Notes: a model not told the origin generated them from the sequence alone. DNA of 64,000 nucleotides from an uncultured Aliiroseovarius sp. (GCF_947497285.1 NZ_CANMFT010000004.1:305595-369594), one strand, 5' to 3'; shown: positions 8,454 to 20,626, numbered from the stretch's first letter. A program made the numbers and translations.

Positions 8454-9287
8454 TCAGTCGCGCGCGGGATCGCGTGGATACACACCGATAATATCCAGTG
8501 ACGATGTGAAATAGTCCAACTCCTCCATCGCCAATTGCACGTTGCGGTCGTCCGGATGACCTTCGATATCGGCGTAAAACCGCGTGGCGCTGAACGATCC
8601 ATCCACCATGTAGCTTTCCAGCTTGGTCATGTTCACACCGTTGGTCGCAAAGCCCCCCATCGCCTTGAACAGGGCCGCGGGAATGTTGCGCACTTCGAAG
8701 ACAAACGTGGTGATCATTCCGTGATCCCCACGGCGGGTGTGGTCTGGCTCAGGCCCCATGATCACAAAGCGCGTGGTGTTGTGGCCGTGATCTTCGACAT
8801 CTTCGGCCAACACGTCCAGGCCATAGATCTTGGCAGCCAGCGCAGAGGCCAGCACACCTTCTTCCGCGGCTTTCGAGCGCGCCAGATTGGCCGCGGCGCC
8901 AGCACTGTCGGCGGCAGAGACGCCGCGAATACCATGAAGTTTAAGGAATTCCGACGATTGCGGCAGCAAGACCAGATGGGCGCGCACGGTTTTGATGTCT
9001 TCAATCCTGGCCCCGGGCAGGCCGAGCAGGGAAATGCGCACGCGCACGAATGCCTCATCCAGAATGTGCAGCCCGCTTTCCGGCAACAGGCGGTGGATAT
9101 CCGCCACGCGGCCATATGTGGTGTTTTCGATCGGCAACATGGCTTGCGCCGCAATCCCCGAGCGCACGGCTTCGATCACCTCTTCAAAGGAATCGCAAGG
9201 CATGGGGTCCATGTCAGGGCGTGCGGCAAGACAGGCTTCGTGTGAATAGGCGCCGGGTTCCCCCTGAAAGGCGATGCGGTTGGTCAT
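8454..9287 (-). CDS. pheA: Prephenate dehydratase
   Basis: IAFQGEPGAYS, PIEN, NTTRF and ACT-domain NMTKLES motifs. Confidence 0.96.
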   Translation of the reverse strand: MTNRIAFQGEPGAYSHEACLAARPDMDPMPCDSFEEVIEAVRSGIAAQAMLPIENTTYGRVADIHRLLPESGLHILDEAFVRVRISLLGLPGARIEDIKTVRAHLVLLPQSSEFLKLHGIRGVSAADSAGAAANLARSKAAEEGVLASALAAKIYGLDVLAEDVEDHGHNTTRFVIMGPEPDHTRRGDHGMITTFVFEVRNIPAALFKAMGGFATNGVNMTKLESYMVDGSFSATRFYADIEGHPDDRNVQLAMEELDYFTSSLDIIGVYPRDPARD

Positions 9288-9406
9288 TTCGCGGGTCCTT
9301 CCTGCAGTTTAGCGGTAAACCTCAAGCTGTGGCGCCTCATATCGCTTGAAACATGGCAATGGAAGCGGCTAGAAGGCTTTTGACTTTGGATGAGACGGAT
9401 CGCGAC

Positions 9407-9937
9407 ATGTTCGACACAATGACAATGACGAAAGCCGGGGCCGCTGTTCTTGGCACCCTCCTGTTCTTCTTGCTGGGCTCTTGGGCAGCAGACAGCCTGT
9501 ATTCGACAGAAGCCGGGGGCCATGGCGACGAAGGTCACGCGACCTCTGGTTACGTGATCGCCACCGCTGACGACGGCGAAGCCGAGGTGGAGGAAGAAGA
9601 AGCTGTTCCCTTCGCAGACCTGCTGGCCGCAGCCGACCCCGCCAAAGGCGAAAAGGTCTGGGGCAAATGCCGCGCTTGCCACAAGCTGGAAGACGGTGCC
9701 AACGGCACCGGCCCGCACTTGTTTGGTGTTGTTGACCGCCCGATCGGCGGTGTTGACGGCTTCAACTATTCGGACGCTCTGGCAGGGCTTGACGGAAACT
9801 GGGGTCCGGAAGAGCTGAACGCATGGCTGGCCGATCCGAAAGGCTATGCGCCGGGCAACAAGATGACCTACGCGGGTCTGAAAAAAGAAGAAGACCGCGC
9901 CAACCTGATTGCGTATCTGCAAACCATTGGCGGATAG
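9407..9937 (+). CDS. Membrane-anchored class I cytochrome c (CycM/c552-like)
   Basis: N-terminal TM helix, acidic linker, CRACH heme motif and PGNKM axial Met. Start moved to ATG 9407. Confidence 0.92.
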   Translation: MFDTMTMTKAGAAVLGTLLFFLLGSWAADSLYSTEAGGHGDEGHATSGYVIATADDGEAEVEEEEAVPFADLLAAADPAKGEKVWGKCRACHKLEDGANGTGPHLFGVVDRPIGGVDGFNYSDALAGLDGNWGPEELNAWLADPKGYAPGNKMTYAGLKKEEDRANLIAYLQTIGG

Positions 9938-9958
9938 ACGCACCTGAAATACCAAGAC

Positions 9959-9994
9959 AGGGCCGGTTCGCACAGCGGATCGGCCTTTTCTTTT
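9959..9994 (+). terminator. Intrinsic terminator after the cytochrome c gene
   Basis: GC-rich hairpin GGCCG...CGGCC followed by TTTTCTTTT. Confidence 0.7.
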
Positions 9995-10117
9995 GCGATA
10001 TCACGCCTGTCAGGGCGGGTTCATGGGGTGATCACCAATTCGCGCCTTGAATGTTATCAGGCCCCGCCTTTAGCTTGGTGGCGAGCGATTTCTGCTTTTC
10101 CATCGGAGGCCCACCAT

Positions 10118-12010
10118 ATGACGCCAACCCTGACGCGCGCCCTGCCCGACAATGATATCCAGACCCGTTCGGTTTTCTGGTGGATGGTGGTGACCACGCT
10201 GTTGTTGCTCATCCCTTTGACGGCAAGGGCAGAGCAAACGATCATATCGCATGCTTATTCCTATTTCGGCACGCCAAAATATGGCGCGGACTTCCCGCAC
10301 CTGGACTACGTGAACCCAGACGCGCCGAAAGGCGGCGAGATTGTCATCGCGTCAGAAAGCGGCACGTTTGACAGCTTTAACCCCTATGCGCGCAAGGGTG
10401 TGGCCGGGGCGCTTGCCTCGATCAACATTGAACGTCTGCTCACCAGCACAGCCGACGAAATCGGCACCTCCTATGGGCTGTTGGCTGAAAGCCTTGAATA
10501 CCCGGAAGATCAAAGCTGGGTCATCTTCACCCTGCGCCCCGAAGCACAGTTTGCCGATGGCAGCCCTGTCACCGCCGAAGATGTGGTTTTCACGCATAAC
10601 CTGTTCATGGAGCAAGGTCTGATCAGTTTCCGCGAAGGCGTCAGCCGGATCATTGCCAATGTTGAAGCGTTGGACCCGGCACGGGTCAAGTTCACCTTCC
10701 AGCCTGATGGGTCGGTCCGCGATCGCATTTCGCAGGCGGGTTCTACGCCCGTTATGTCCAAAGCGTGGTTTGAAAAAACAGGCGCGCGGCTGGATGAAAG
10801 CCGACTGGAGCAGGCATTGGGCACCGGTCCCTATATGCTTGACAGTTACAAGATCAATCAGCGCATCGTTTATAAGCGCAACCCGGACTATTGGGGCCGC
10901 GATCTGCCGATCAACAAGGGTCGTTGGAATTTCGACACCATCCGCATCGAATATTTTGCCGACAGCAATTCCGCGTTCGAGGGCTTTACTTCGGGCAGCT
11001 ACACCTTTCGGGTCGAAAACAGTTCGAAGGAATGGGCCACGTCCTACGACTTCCCAGAGGTCAGAAGCGGTCAAGTGATCAAAGCGGAACTGCACGATGG
11101 CTCTCAGGCCTCGGGGCAAGGCTTCGTGTTCAACATGCGCCGCCCCAAGTTCCAGGATATCCGCGTCCGCGACGCCATCGGCTTGATGTTCAATTTCACA
11201 TGGTCAAACGAAGCACTGTTCTATGGCATTTACGAACGGGTCAACAGCTTTGCCGAAAACTCGTATCTTGAAGCCACTGGCACCCCGTCGCCCGAGGAAC
11301 TGGCACTGCTTGAGCCACTCGCTGACAAACTGCCCGAAGGTGCCTTGGGCGAAGCGATCATGGCTCCGACCTCTGGCGCGCGACAGTTTGATCGCAAAAA
11401 TGCCCGTCAGGCCTCGGCGCTTCTGGACGATGCCGGGTGGATCGTCGGCGACGATGGTATCCGCCGCAACGCAAAGGGCGACACGCTCAGGGTCGAGTTC
11501 TTGACCTTTTCACCAACCTTTGACCGGGTGATCAATCCCTATGTGGAAAACTTGCGCAACATAGGCGTGGATGCGATTTTGAACCGGGTCGATACCTCGC
11601 AATTTGTCGATCGGCGCTACGCGTTTGACTATGACATCATCACGGACCAACTGGCGTTTGGGTATGAACCGGGCAGCAATCTGGCACAATCATTTGGATC
11701 GAAAGAGGCCGCGGTGTCCGTGTTCAACTCGCCCGGTGTTGCCGACCCCGCGGTGGACGAGCTGATCGACATGATCCGAAATGCCAAATCCAAGGAAGAC
11801 CTCGTGATCGCCGCCAGAGCACTGGATCGGGTCATGCGGGCACTGAAGATAATGGTTCCGCAATGGTATAAAGACAAACATACCGTCGCATATTATGACC
11901 AGTTCGAACATCCCGACCCGCTTCCGCCCTACGATCTGGGCTATCTGGACTTCTGGTGGTTTAACGCCGACAAAGCTGCAAAACTGAAAGCGGACGGCGT
12001 GCTGCGCTGA
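10118..12010 (+). CDS. yejA: Peptide ABC transporter substrate-binding protein, YejA-like
   Basis: [21 protein letters not shown] and GTFDSFNPY motifs, signal-peptide-like N-terminus, GGAGG SD before ATG 10118. Confidence 0.9.
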   Translation: MTPTLTRALPDNDIQTRSVFWWMVVTTLLLLIPLTARAEQTIISHAYSYFGTPKYGADFPHLDYVNPDAPKGGEIVIASESGTFDSFNPYARKGVAGALASINIERLLTSTADEIGTSYGLLAESLEYPEDQSWVIFTLRPEAQFADGSPVTAEDVVFTHNLFMEQGLISFREGVSRIIANVEALDPARVKFTFQPDGSVRDRISQAGSTPVMSKAWFEKTGARLDESRLEQALGTGPYMLDSYKINQRIVYKRNPDYWGRDLPINKGRWNFDTIRIEYFADSNSAFEGFTSGSYTFRVENSSKEWATSYDFPEVRSGQVIKAELHDGSQASGQGFVFNMRRPKFQDIRVRDAIGLMFNFTWSNEALFYGIYERVNSFAENSYLEATGTPSPEELALLEPLADKLPEGALGEAIMAPTSGARQFDRKNARQASALLDDAGWIVGDDGIRRNAKGDTLRVEFLTFSPTFDRVINPYVENLRNIGVDAILNRVDTSQFVDRRYAFDYDIITDQLAFGYEPGSNLAQSFGSKEAAVSVFNSPGVADPAVDELIDMIRNAKSKEDLVIAARALDRVMRALKIMVPQWYKDKHTVAYYDQFEHPDPLPPYDLGYLDFWWFNADKAAKLKADGVLR

Positions 12011-12059
12011 ACCGCGCCGCACCACCGGCAACAGGCAACAAAACGAGAGCGAGACCCAT

Positions 12060-13145
12060 ATGGGCGCCTATATTCTGCGCAGGCTACTTCTGATCATTCC
12101 GACGTTATTTGGGATCATGGTGATCAACTTTGCCCTGACCCAGTTCGTGCCGGGTGGACCGATTGAGCAGATCATCGCCCAGATGGAGGGCGAAGGCGAC
12201 GTTTTCGAAAGCATTGCGGGTGGGGGTGGCGATGCCGGCATCGGCGGCGGTGGTGGCGATGAACGATATCTGGGCGCACGCGGGTTGCCGCCGGAGTTCA
12301 TCGCCGAGCTGGAAAAGGAATTTGGCTTCGACAAACCTCCGGTCGAACGGTTCTTTTCGATGATCTGGAACTATATGCGCCTTGATTTCGGGGAAAGCTA
12401 TTTCCGGTCCATCGGCGTCTTTGAACTGGTGGCCGAAAAGCTGCCCGTGTCGATCACGCTGGGTCTGTGGTCGACGGTCATCGCCTATCTGGTGTCGATC
12501 CCGTTGGGTGTGCGCAAGGCTGTGCGGGACGGGTCGAAATTCGACACCTGGACCTCGGGCATCATCATTGTGGCCTACGCGATCCCCGGCTTTCTATTCG
12601 CAATCTTGTTGCTGGTCGTCTTTGCAGGCGGGTCCTATCTGCAATGGTTCCCCTTGCGCGGGCTGACCTCGGACAATTGGGACCAGCTGTCGCTTTGGGG
12701 TAAGATCGTGGACTATTTCTGGCACATCACCTTGCCGGTCCTTGCCTCGACCATCGCCAGTTTCGCCACGCTGACCCTGCTGACCAAGAACAGCTTTCTG
12801 GACGAGATCAAGAAGCAATACGTTGTGACCGCCCGCGCCAAGGGTCTGGCCGAACACCGGGTGCTTTATGGCCACGTCTTTCGCAACGCGATGCTGATCG
12901 TGATCGCGGGCTTCCCTGCGGTTTTTCTGGGCGTCTTCTTTGGCGGGTCGGTGATCATCGAAACGCTGTTTTCGCTGGATGGTCTGGGACGGCTCGGCTT
13001 CGAAGCGGCACTGGCCCGCGACTATCCTGTCATCTTCGGCACGCTGTTCGTGTTTGGCCTGATTGGCCTGTTGGTCGGGATCCTGTCGGACCTGATGTAT
13101 GTGTTCGTCGATCCCCGCATCGACTTCGAGGGGCGCGAGGTCTGA
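12060..13145 (+). CDS. yejB: ABC transporter permease YejB
   Basis: [25 protein letters not shown] and the EAA loop TARAKGL. Confidence 0.92.
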   Translation: MGAYILRRLLLIIPTLFGIMVINFALTQFVPGGPIEQIIAQMEGEGDVFESIAGGGGDAGIGGGGGDERYLGARGLPPEFIAELEKEFGFDKPPVERFFSMIWNYMRLDFGESYFRSIGVFELVAEKLPVSITLGLWSTVIAYLVSIPLGVRKAVRDGSKFDTWTSGIIIVAYAIPGFLFAILLLVVFAGGSYLQWFPLRGLTSDNWDQLSLWGKIVDYFWHITLPVLASTIASFATLTLLTKNSFLDEIKKQYVVTARAKGLAEHRVLYGHVFRNAMLIVIAGFPAVFLGVFFGGSVIIETLFSLDGLGRLGFEAALARDYPVIFGTLFVFGLIGLLVGILSDLMYVFVDPRIDFEGREV

Positions 13146-13147
13146 TC

Positions 13148-14257
13148 ATGGCACTGTCCCCCCTGAACCAACGCCGCTGGCGAAATTTCCGCCGCAACGG
13201 GCGCGCCTTCTGGTCGCTGATCTTGTTTTGCGTCCTGTTCGGGCTGTCGCTGATCGCCGAGTTCATCGCCAACGACAAACCGATCCTGGTGAAATACGAC
13301 GGCAGCTATTACGCCCCCGTTTTCAACTTCTATCCAGAAACAACCTTTGGCGGCGACTTCAAAACCGAAGCCGTCTATCGCGACATCGAGGTGAAATGCC
13401 TGATCACCACCGGCGGCGCCGAGGCCTGCTGGGACACACCCAACGAGGCGATTGCCGAGGCAACCACCACCGGCACAGTCGGCGGCGAGGCCGTGACGAC
13501 GGGTTGGCTGTTGTGGCCACCGGTGCCCTACAGCTTCAACACCATCAATGACATTGACGGGGCCGCCCCTTCGCCGCCAGATGCAAAACACCTGCTGGGT
13601 ACGGATGACACGGCGCGCGATGTGCTTGCGCGAGTGATCTACGGGTTCCGCCTTTCGGTCTTCTTTACCATCATCGTGACGGTTCTGACGTCGGTCATCG
13701 GTGTCGCCGCTGGCGCCATCCAAGGCTATTTCGGTGGCTGGGTGGATCTGGTATTCCAACGCATTCTGGAAATCTGGAGCTCCACCCCTTCGCTTTACGT
13801 GATCATCATCCTGTTTGCGATTCTGGGTCGAAGTTTCTGGCTTCTGGTCTTCGTGACGGTGCTGTTCGGCTGGCCCGCGCTTGTCGGCGTTGTGCGGGCG
13901 GAATTCCTGCGCGCCCGCAATTTCGAGTATGTCCGCGCCGCGCGCGCCCTTGGCGTGTCGAACCGGATCATCATGTTCCGCCATGTGTTGCCCAACGCCA
14001 TGGTCGCGACCCTGACAATGCTGCCCTTCATCATCACCGGGACAATCTCGACCCTAGCAACGCTAGATTTTCTGGGCTTTGGCCTTCCGTCCTCATCGCC
14101 TTCGCTGGGCGAACTGACCCGCCAGGCCAAAGCGAATTTGCAAGCGCCATGGCTGGCCTTCACCGCCTTCATGACCTTCTCGATCCTGCTGTCACTGCTC
14201 GTCTTTATCTTTGAAGGCGTGCGCGATGCGTTCGACCCGCGAAAGACCTTCCAATGA
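13148..14257 (+). CDS. yejE: ABC transporter permease YejE
   Basis: LSPLNQRRWRNFRRN, LGTDDTARDV and AARALG motifs. Confidence 0.92.
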   Translation: MALSPLNQRRWRNFRRNGRAFWSLILFCVLFGLSLIAEFIANDKPILVKYDGSYYAPVFNFYPETTFGGDFKTEAVYRDIEVKCLITTGGAEACWDTPNEAIAEATTTGTVGGEAVTTGWLLWPPVPYSFNTINDIDGAAPSPPDAKHLLGTDDTARDVLARVIYGFRLSVFFTIIVTVLTSVIGVAAGAIQGYFGGWVDLVFQRILEIWSSTPSLYVIIILFAILGRSFWLLVFVTVLFGWPALVGVVRAEFLRARNFEYVRAARALGVSNRIIMFRHVLPNAMVATLTMLPFIITGTISTLATLDFLGFGLPSSSPSLGELTRQAKANLQAPWLAFTAFMTFSILLSLLVFIFEGVRDAFDPRKTFQ

Positions 14258-15861
14258 GCGTTCTTCACGTGAAAGACCTGCATGTCAGCTTTCGGCAGGA
14301 TGGACAGCTACACCCGGCGGTGCGTGGGGTCAGCTTCAAGCTTGCCAAGGGCGAAACCGTGGCGATTGTGGGGGAAAGCGGGTCCGGCAAATCCGTCACT
14401 GCGCTGTCCACTGTGTCGCTTTTGCCCGACAGCGCCCATGTCGAAGGGTCAATCACCTATGGCGGCCGCGAGATGATCGGCGCATCGCCCTCCGAATTGC
14501 GCGATGTGCGCGGCAACGATATCAGCTTCATCTTTCAAGAGCCGATGACATCACTGAACCCGCTGCACACGATCGAAAAGCAGCTGGCCGAGTCGATTGA
14601 GCTGCACCAAGGCCTGACCGGTGACGCCGTGCGCGTGCGCATCCTTGAGCTTTTGAACAAAGTCGGCATCCGCGACGCGGAAACGCGACTGGCGCATTAT
14701 CCGCACCAATTGTCGGGCGGGCAGCGGCAACGCGTGATGATCGCTATGGCGCTGGCCAATGGTCCCGAACTTCTGATCGCAGATGAACCCACAACGGCGC
14801 TGGACGTGACCATTCAGGCGCAAATCCTTGACCTGTTGGCCGAGCTTAAGGAAAGCGAGGGGATGAGCCTTCTGTTCATCACCCATGACCTTGGCATTGT
14901 GCGCAAAATCGCGGATCGGGTTTGCGTGATGAAAGATGGCGTGATCGTCGAAGAAGGCCCCACCGCCGCGCTTTTCGCGAACCCGAAACACGACTACACC
15001 CGCACACTGATCAATGCCGAGGCACAGGGCCGCCCCGACCCTGTCCCCGAAAACGCGCCCGAGATTGCGACAACGAAAGACCTGCGCATCTGGTTCCCCA
15101 TCCAACGCGGCCTGCTGCGCCGAACGGTGGGGCATGTGAAGGCGGTGAACGCGGCCAGCTTCTCGGTTCGGGCCGGCGAAACCGTCGGGATCGTTGGTGA
15201 AAGCGGGTCGGGCAAGACAACGCTGGCACTGGCCGTGATGCGGTTGATCAGCTCGGACGGGCCTGTGGTTTTTCTGGGCGAGGACATACAGGGGCGCAAA
15301 TCGCGCCAATTGCAGCCGCTCAGGCGTGACATGCAAATCGTGTTTCAAGACCCCTATGGGTCGCTGTCACCCCGCATGACCGCCGAGGAAATAATTGCCG
15401 AGGGCTTGTCGGTTCACGGGTTGGACCCCGGTCGTGACCGGCGTGAGATGGTCTGGGAGATCATGGAAGAAGTCGGGCTGGACCCTGCCACGATGCACCG
15501 CTATCCGCACGAGTTTTCCGGCGGGCAGCGCCAGCGTATCGCGATTGCACGGGCGATGATCCTTAGACCCAAGCTTGTTGTGCTGGATGAACCGACCTCG
15601 GCGCTGGATATGACGGTGCAGGTGCAGATCGTCGACTTGCTGCGCAGCCTGCAAAGAAAGCACAAGCTGGCGTATCTGTTCATCTCGCACGACTTGCGGG
15701 TGGTGCGTGCGCTGTCCCATCAGGTGCTGGTCATGCGCGCGGGTGATGTGGTGGAACGTGGGCCAGCGGACCAGATCTTCGATGCCCCGCAAACAGATTA
15801 CACCCGCGCCCTGATGGCAGCGGCGTTCGATCTGGAAGTTGCCAAAGGCGCCTCCGACTAA
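14254..15861 (+). CDS. yejF: ABC transporter double ATPase YejF
   Basis: Two Walker A motifs (GESGSGKS/T) and two signatures ([16 protein letters not shown]). Confidence 0.92.
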   Translation: MSVLHVKDLHVSFRQDGQLHPAVRGVSFKLAKGETVAIVGESGSGKSVTALSTVSLLPDSAHVEGSITYGGREMIGASPSELRDVRGNDISFIFQEPMTSLNPLHTIEKQLAESIELHQGLTGDAVRVRILELLNKVGIRDAETRLAHYPHQLSGGQRQRVMIAMALANGPELLIADEPTTALDVTIQAQILDLLAELKESEGMSLLFITHDLGIVRKIADRVCVMKDGVIVEEGPTAALFANPKHDYTRTLINAEAQGRPDPVPENAPEIATTKDLRIWFPIQRGLLRRTVGHVKAVNAASFSVRAGETVGIVGESGSGKTTLALAVMRLISSDGPVVFLGEDIQGRKSRQLQPLRRDMQIVFQDPYGSLSPRMTAEEIIAEGLSVHGLDPGRDRREMVWEIMEEVGLDPATMHRYPHEFSGGQRQRIAIARAMILRPKLVVLDEPTSALDMTVQVQIVDLLRSLQRKHKLAYLFISHDLRVVRALSHQVLVMRAGDVVERGPADQIFDAPQTDYTRALMAAAFDLEVAKGASD

Positions 15862-15877
15862 CCACATCTTTGGGGGG

Positions 15878-17428
15878 TCAGGACGGTCCCAGCACGTTGC
15901 AACGCGCGTTGCGCGCGCTCAGCCGGCGGCATGCCAGATCGGCTTGGGTCTGCGTCATACCGACAAAGTTTGCATGCCATCCATCCGACCGGCGGACAAC
16001 TTTACGAAGCGCGTCATCCAACGTGTCGATTTCTTTCAGCGCCGTCTTGAGAAGCGTCCGTTCTGCTTGATAGCGCGACCCTAGCACGCCGACATTGATT
16101 GCCCAGTGACGACCACCAGATGTTGACATGCGGCTGACCACTTCGGGTTCGGCCAGTGCAGCGGCGGGCTTGGGTTCAAGCGCCGTCAGGATGATGGCTT
16201 CCGGGCGCGGCCGGGGGGGTGCGACAGTCGTCGGAGCTTCTGGCGTCGCTGGTCGCGCTTGCACCGGGGCAGCTGTCGTAATTTGGGCAGTTGGCACCAA
16301 AGCGGCAACAAGTTCGGCGCGGGGGGCTGGCGTCACGGCCGGGGGCGCCGTTTCGACAACGGCGGCAACTTCGACCGGGGCCGGTTGGGTGATGGCCGTT
16401 GCGACAGCATCCTTGATGCCTTCGGTCAAGGCCGCAAGCTGGGCTTGGGCGACGGGGTCTTGCGTGATCGGGCGCGGCGTTGGGCGCGGGCTACGCTTCA
16501 CAGCCGTCACAAGGCGAATTGTCTTACCGGCTGCACCGGGTTCGAACACTTCAGCGGAGTAGACAGGCAGCGCAGGTTTGCGCACCGAGGCATGGCTGGG
16601 CGCACGGCGGAACCCCAGATCCATCAATTCGGCGACCTTGGCATTGCGCGACGCTGTGGACTGACCGCCGAAAACGGTCGTGATAATCCGTTCTGATCCA
16701 CGTTCAGCCGAGGCCACAAGGTTAAAACCTGCCGCGCGGGTGTAACCCGTCTTGATGCCATCCGCGCCCTTATAGGCACTTAGAAACCGGCGGTTCGTGT
16801 TGGACACAGGGCGCATACCTGCATCGGTCGTTATGCGCGAAAACAGGTTGTAATATTCCGGATGGTCGAAAAACAGGTGGCGCCCCAGCGTCGTCATGTC
16901 GCGCGCGGTGGACAAATGCCCGCTTTCCGTCAACCCGTGGGCGTTCTTGAAATGTGTGCGCGTCATGCCCAGCGCCTTTGCGGTGCGGTTCATTCGGCGG
17001 GCAAACGCGGCCTCGGAGCCTGCAATCGCAATGCCGATCGCGGTGGCTGCATCATTGGCTGATTTGACGCCGGCGGCGCGGATCAGATAGCGAAACTTGA
17101 TCTTCTGGCCTGCGCGCAGACCCAATTTGGACGGTGGTTCGGACGCGGCTTTTTGGGTGATCGTAACGACTGTGTCGGGTGTAATCTCACCGCGTTTGAT
17201 GGCCTCGAACGCGATGTAGAGTGTCATCATTTTGGTCAAAGATGCGGGATGCAATCGCGTATCGGCGTTGCGCGCATGCAGCACCTCGCCGGTGCGCGCA
17301 TCAATCACCATCGCCGCATAGGGCGCAGCCTGCGCACGCGAGGGCGCAAGCATGACCAAACAGCCAATAATAGCCAGGAACAGCCCTAAACGGACCCACT
17401 GCCACGGACGTGTCTGCACGTCGTCCAC
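15878..17428 (-). CDS. D-alanyl-D-alanine carboxypeptidase (S11 family) with Pro/Ala-rich linker and probable C-terminal SPOR-like domain
   Basis: PASLTKMMT (SxxK), SAND (SxN) and KTG motifs. Start is uncertain. Confidence 0.88.
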   Translation of the reverse strand: MDDVQTRPWQWVRLGLFLAIIGCLVMLAPSRAQAAPYAAMVIDARTGEVLHARNADTRLHPASLTKMMTLYIAFEAIKRGEITPDTVVTITQKAASEPPSKLGLRAGQKIKFRYLIRAAGVKSANDAATAIGIAIAGSEAAFARRMNRTAKALGMTRTHFKNAHGLTESGHLSTARDMTTLGRHLFFDHPEYYNLFSRITTDAGMRPVSNTNRRFLSAYKGADGIKTGYTRAAGFNLVASAERGSERIITTVFGGQSTASRNAKVAELMDLGFRRAPSHASVRKPALPVYSAEVFEPGAAGKTIRLVTAVKRSPRPTPRPITQDPVAQAQLAALTEGIKDAVATAITQPAPVEVAAVVETAPPAVTPAPRAELVAALVPTAQITTAAPVQARPATPEAPTTVAPPRPRPEAIILTALEPKPAAALAEPEVVSRMSTSGGRHWAINVGVLGSRYQAERTLLKTALKEIDTLDDALRKVVRRSDGWHANFVGMTQTQADLACRRLSARNARCNVLGPS

Positions 17429-17586
17429 CTTTTCTGCCTCAATCGCCTAGGTCTTATGCCCGGCTGATTTGTTTTTTTCAGCGTAACACGAAGATCGCGT
17501 TTGAGAAAACAGCTTATTTTCAAAGGCCTAAATCGTGGCGGTCAGGCAACGGGCGGAACATGTAGTGGTCTGACTGGAGCAAACAC

Positions 17587-18291
17587 CTATATCTGGGGCA
17601 AATCCGCCAAGCAGTTGGGCAGCTGCGACAAATCACCCAATGTGCGAAATTTCAGGTGATCAACAGGTGGCACCGCGTGTTCGTAGCTCCACGTCAGGGT
17701 GTGCGGCACGTGAATGGCCCACGCGCCTGCCTCAAGTGCCGGGAGCACATCTGACCTCAACGAGTTTCCGACCATCAGCCCCTGCGCAACCCCGCCAAAG
17801 CGCGCAAATGCGCTTAGATAAACGGCAGGGGTCTTGTCTGAAACGATCTCGATCCCATCGAAGAAATCCCCCAGCCCGGACTGTGCAAGCTTCCGCTCCT
17901 GATCCAGCAAGTCGCCCTTGGTGATCAGCAATATGTTGTGCGACCGCGCAAGTTCCGCGATCACGCGCTTGGCGTGGGGCAGAAGTTCGATCGGATGGGA
18001 CAGCATCTCTTGTCCAGCATCGACCAAAGCTCGAATAACGTGACCGGGCACCTTCCCGTCGGTCACATCCAAGGCCGTTTCGATCATCGATAGGGTGAAG
18101 CCTTTGATGCCAAAGCCGTAATGGCCCAGGTTGCGCCGCTCGGCCGCCAACAACCGCTCGGACAGGTGATCGGGGTCGGCAAAATCAGCCAGCAGGGCGG
18201 TGAAACGTGCTTGGGTCAGTTGAAAGAACTGTTCGTTTTGCCACAGCGTATCGTCCGCATCGAAACCAATTGTTGTTACTTTTGCGCCCAT
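17587..18291 (-). CDS. HAD-family hydrolase
   Basis: FDADDTLW motif I and MVGNSLRSDV motif IV. Start moved to ATG 18291. Confidence 0.9.
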   Translation of the reverse strand: MGAKVTTIGFDADDTLWQNEQFFQLTQARFTALLADFADPDHLSERLLAAERRNLGHYGFGIKGFTLSMIETALDVTDGKVPGHVIRALVDAGQEMLSHPIELLPHAKRVIAELARSHNILLITKGDLLDQERKLAQSGLGDFFDGIEIVSDKTPAVYLSAFARFGGVAQGLMVGNSLRSDVLPALEAGAWAIHVPHTLTWSYEHAVPPVDHLKFRTLGDLSQLPNCLADLPQI

Positions 18292-18404
18292 TTTGTATGT
18301 GCCTTTCAAGAGAACACCCGCCCTGCCCTCTTTTCATTGGCGACAGTGACCATATATTCTGAGACCCAAGCAGACTCTTTTGCAACCTGTGGAGTGATGT
18401 CGAC

Positions 18405-18752
18405 ATGACGACACTGCCTTTCATCCTGTCACAAGACGACGGCGCCGACGACGGTGACGGTGAGGTGGGCGTAGCGGTTGCCACAAAGCCCAAAACCAAA
18501 CGACCGCCCATGTATAAAGTGCTGATCCTCAACGATGACTTTACACCCATGGAATTCGTCGTGATGGTGCTGGAGCGGTTCTTCGGCATGAACCACGCAC
18601 AAGCATTTGAATTGATGCTGACGGTTCACAAGAAGGGGTTGGCCGTCGCTGGCGTTTTTTCCTACGAGATTGCTGAGACCAAGGTGACACAAGTCATGCA
18701 TTTGGCACGTGAACATCAGCACCCGCTTCAATGCACGATGGAAAAGGAATGA
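18405..18752 (+). CDS. clpS: ATP-dependent Clp protease adaptor ClpS
   Basis: [28 protein letters not shown] and HPLQCTME. Confidence 0.97.
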   Translation: MTTLPFILSQDDGADDGDGEVGVAVATKPKTKRPPMYKVLILNDDFTPMEFVVMVLERFFGMNHAQAFELMLTVHKKGLAVAGVFSYEIAETKVTQVMHLAREHQHPLQCTMEKE

Positions 18753-19762
18753 CCGCGGCCGCGGTGCCCACCATGTTTCACACAAGATTGTCCCTAGCCC
18801 TGCGCGACGGCGCGCTATTGTTGCCTGCTGCCGGGCGTATCCTTGTTATAGGCCCAACAGCAGGCCACGACCTGTCGGATCTGCCCAAGGACCGGGTGAC
18901 GATCTACAGTCGGTTCTTTCCTGACCATGCGGCTTGGGTGGCGCGCGGGCTCGATGTGGTCACAGCCTTGCCTGAGGGCGGGTTTGCGGCCGCTGTGGTG
19001 TGTGTGCCCCGCGCCAAGAAGCTTGCGCAGGCTTGGGTTTACGCCGCGGCGCGCGCGACGGGTGGCGGTCTGATCGTGCTGGATGGTCAAAAAACTGATG
19101 GGATCGACAGCCTTGTTAAGGCCCTGAAAAACCGCGCTGATGGGCTTGCCAGCTTGTCCAAAGCACATGGCAAGCTGATCTGGTTGACCAACGCAGAGGT
19201 GGCCGACTGGGCCCCGGCGGACACGCAGCTTGAGGGGGGGTTCATCACCCGTCCGGGTGTTTTTTCAGCCGATGGGGTGGACAAGGGCTCTGCGGTGTTG
19301 GCCGCGGCGCTCCCCACCGAGATCAAAGGGCGCGTGGCCGATCTTGGCGCTGGTTGGGGCTATCTGTCACGACATATCCTGATGCGAGAGGGCGTCACAA
19401 CGCTGGACCTGATCGAGGCGGATCTTGCCGCGCTCGATTGCGCCAAGCTCAATATAACCGATCAACGTGCCAACTTCATTTGGGGGGATGCGACACGTTT
19501 TTCACCTGATGCGCCCTATGATGTCGTCATTTCCAATCCGCCCTTTCACACCGGACGCGCGGGCGATCCTGATCTGGGTCGGGCCTTTATCCGGTCGGCG
19601 GCGCGGATGCTGAAAGGCTCGGGTTGGCTCATCATGGTTGCGAACCGCCATTTGCCCTATGAAGACACGTTGGCCGAACTGTTTCGAGAGGTCGAAGACC
19701 TCGGTGGCAGCCCCGGTTTCAAGTGCCTCAGCGGCACAAAGCCCCGTCGCGCCGGCCGATAG
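18749..19762 (+). CDS. Class I SAM-dependent methyltransferase, RsmC/MTS family
   Basis: [20 protein letters not shown] and NPPFH motifs. ATGA overlap with the clpS stop. Confidence 0.88.
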   Translation: MTAAAVPTMFHTRLSLALRDGALLLPAAGRILVIGPTAGHDLSDLPKDRVTIYSRFFPDHAAWVARGLDVVTALPEGGFAAAVVCVPRAKKLAQAWVYAAARATGGGLIVLDGQKTDGIDSLVKALKNRADGLASLSKAHGKLIWLTNAEVADWAPADTQLEGGFITRPGVFSADGVDKGSAVLAAALPTEIKGRVADLGAGWGYLSRHILMREGVTTLDLIEADLAALDCAKLNITDQRANFIWGDATRFSPDAPYDVVISNPPFHTGRAGDPDLGRAFIRSAARMLKGSGWLIMVANRHLPYEDTLAELFREVEDLGGSPGFKCLSGTKPRRAGR

Positions 19763-19798
19763 GATCAGCTAGGCTCGTCAGGGAATCAGGAGGCTCAC

Positions 19799-20626
19799 AT
19801 GTCTTTTTCAATTTCTGGTAAAACCGCCATCGTGACCGGCGCGGCAAATGGTATTGGCCTGTCGATTGCCCGCCACTTCGCCGATCGCGGAGCAAATGTT
19901 ATTTGTGCAGACATAGATGAAAAGCGGCTTGTCGATGAATGGGGCCCGAACCCCGATGATGGCGTGGACGAACCATCAAACACCCGCATTTTTGCGGGCG
20001 ACCTGCGCCAGAAGCTGACAATCGCCAACTTGCTCTCTGCCACCATCGATTCGTTTGAACGTGTCGATATTCTGGTCAACGCCTCGCGTCAGGTGCTGTT
20101 GGCGGACCCGCTGGACGTGGACAACGGCGCCGTTCAGACGCTTCTGGATCAGAACCTGATGACCAGCCTGCGGTTGAGCCAGCTGGTCGCCCGGCGCATG
20201 ATTCAGCAGGGCGAGGGTCTTGACGAAGAAGAACAGACCTCGCCGCTTGGAGCCATCGTCAATTTGTCATCTGTCGCTGCAACGCGGACCCAACCCGGAT
20301 TGATGGCCTATTCGATCGCATCAGCGGCACTGGATCAGATGACCCGGTCCCTCGCGGTTGCCCTTGCCAGTCACCGCATCCGGGTGAACGCGGTCGCATT
20401 CGGATCGGTGATGAGCGCAAGCCTGCGTGACGCAATCCGCGAAACGGGCGACACCCGCGCGGACATCATCGAAGGCACACCGCTGGGCCGCATTGCATCA
20501 GCCAACGAACTGGCCGAGGCAGTGCAGTTCCTTGCCTCCGAAGGATCCGGTTTCATGACCGGGCATATCCTGACGGTGGACGGTGGACGCAGCCTTTTGG
20601 ATGTCGTGGGCAATCCCTGCCACTGA
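19799..20626 (+). CDS. SDR-family oxidoreductase
   Basis: TGAANGIG, YSIASAA (the usual YxxxK Lys is replaced) and IRVNAV. Confidence 0.88.
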   Translation: MSFSISGKTAIVTGAANGIGLSIARHFADRGANVICADIDEKRLVDEWGPNPDDGVDEPSNTRIFAGDLRQKLTIANLLSATIDSFERVDILVNASRQVLLADPLDVDNGAVQTLLDQNLMTSLRLSQLVARRMIQQGEGLDEEEQTSPLGAIVNLSSVAATRTQPGLMAYSIASAALDQMTRSLAVALASHRIRVNAVAFGSVMSASLRDAIRETGDTRADIIEGTPLGRIASANELAEAVQFLASEGSGFMTGHILTVDGGRSLLDVVGNPCH

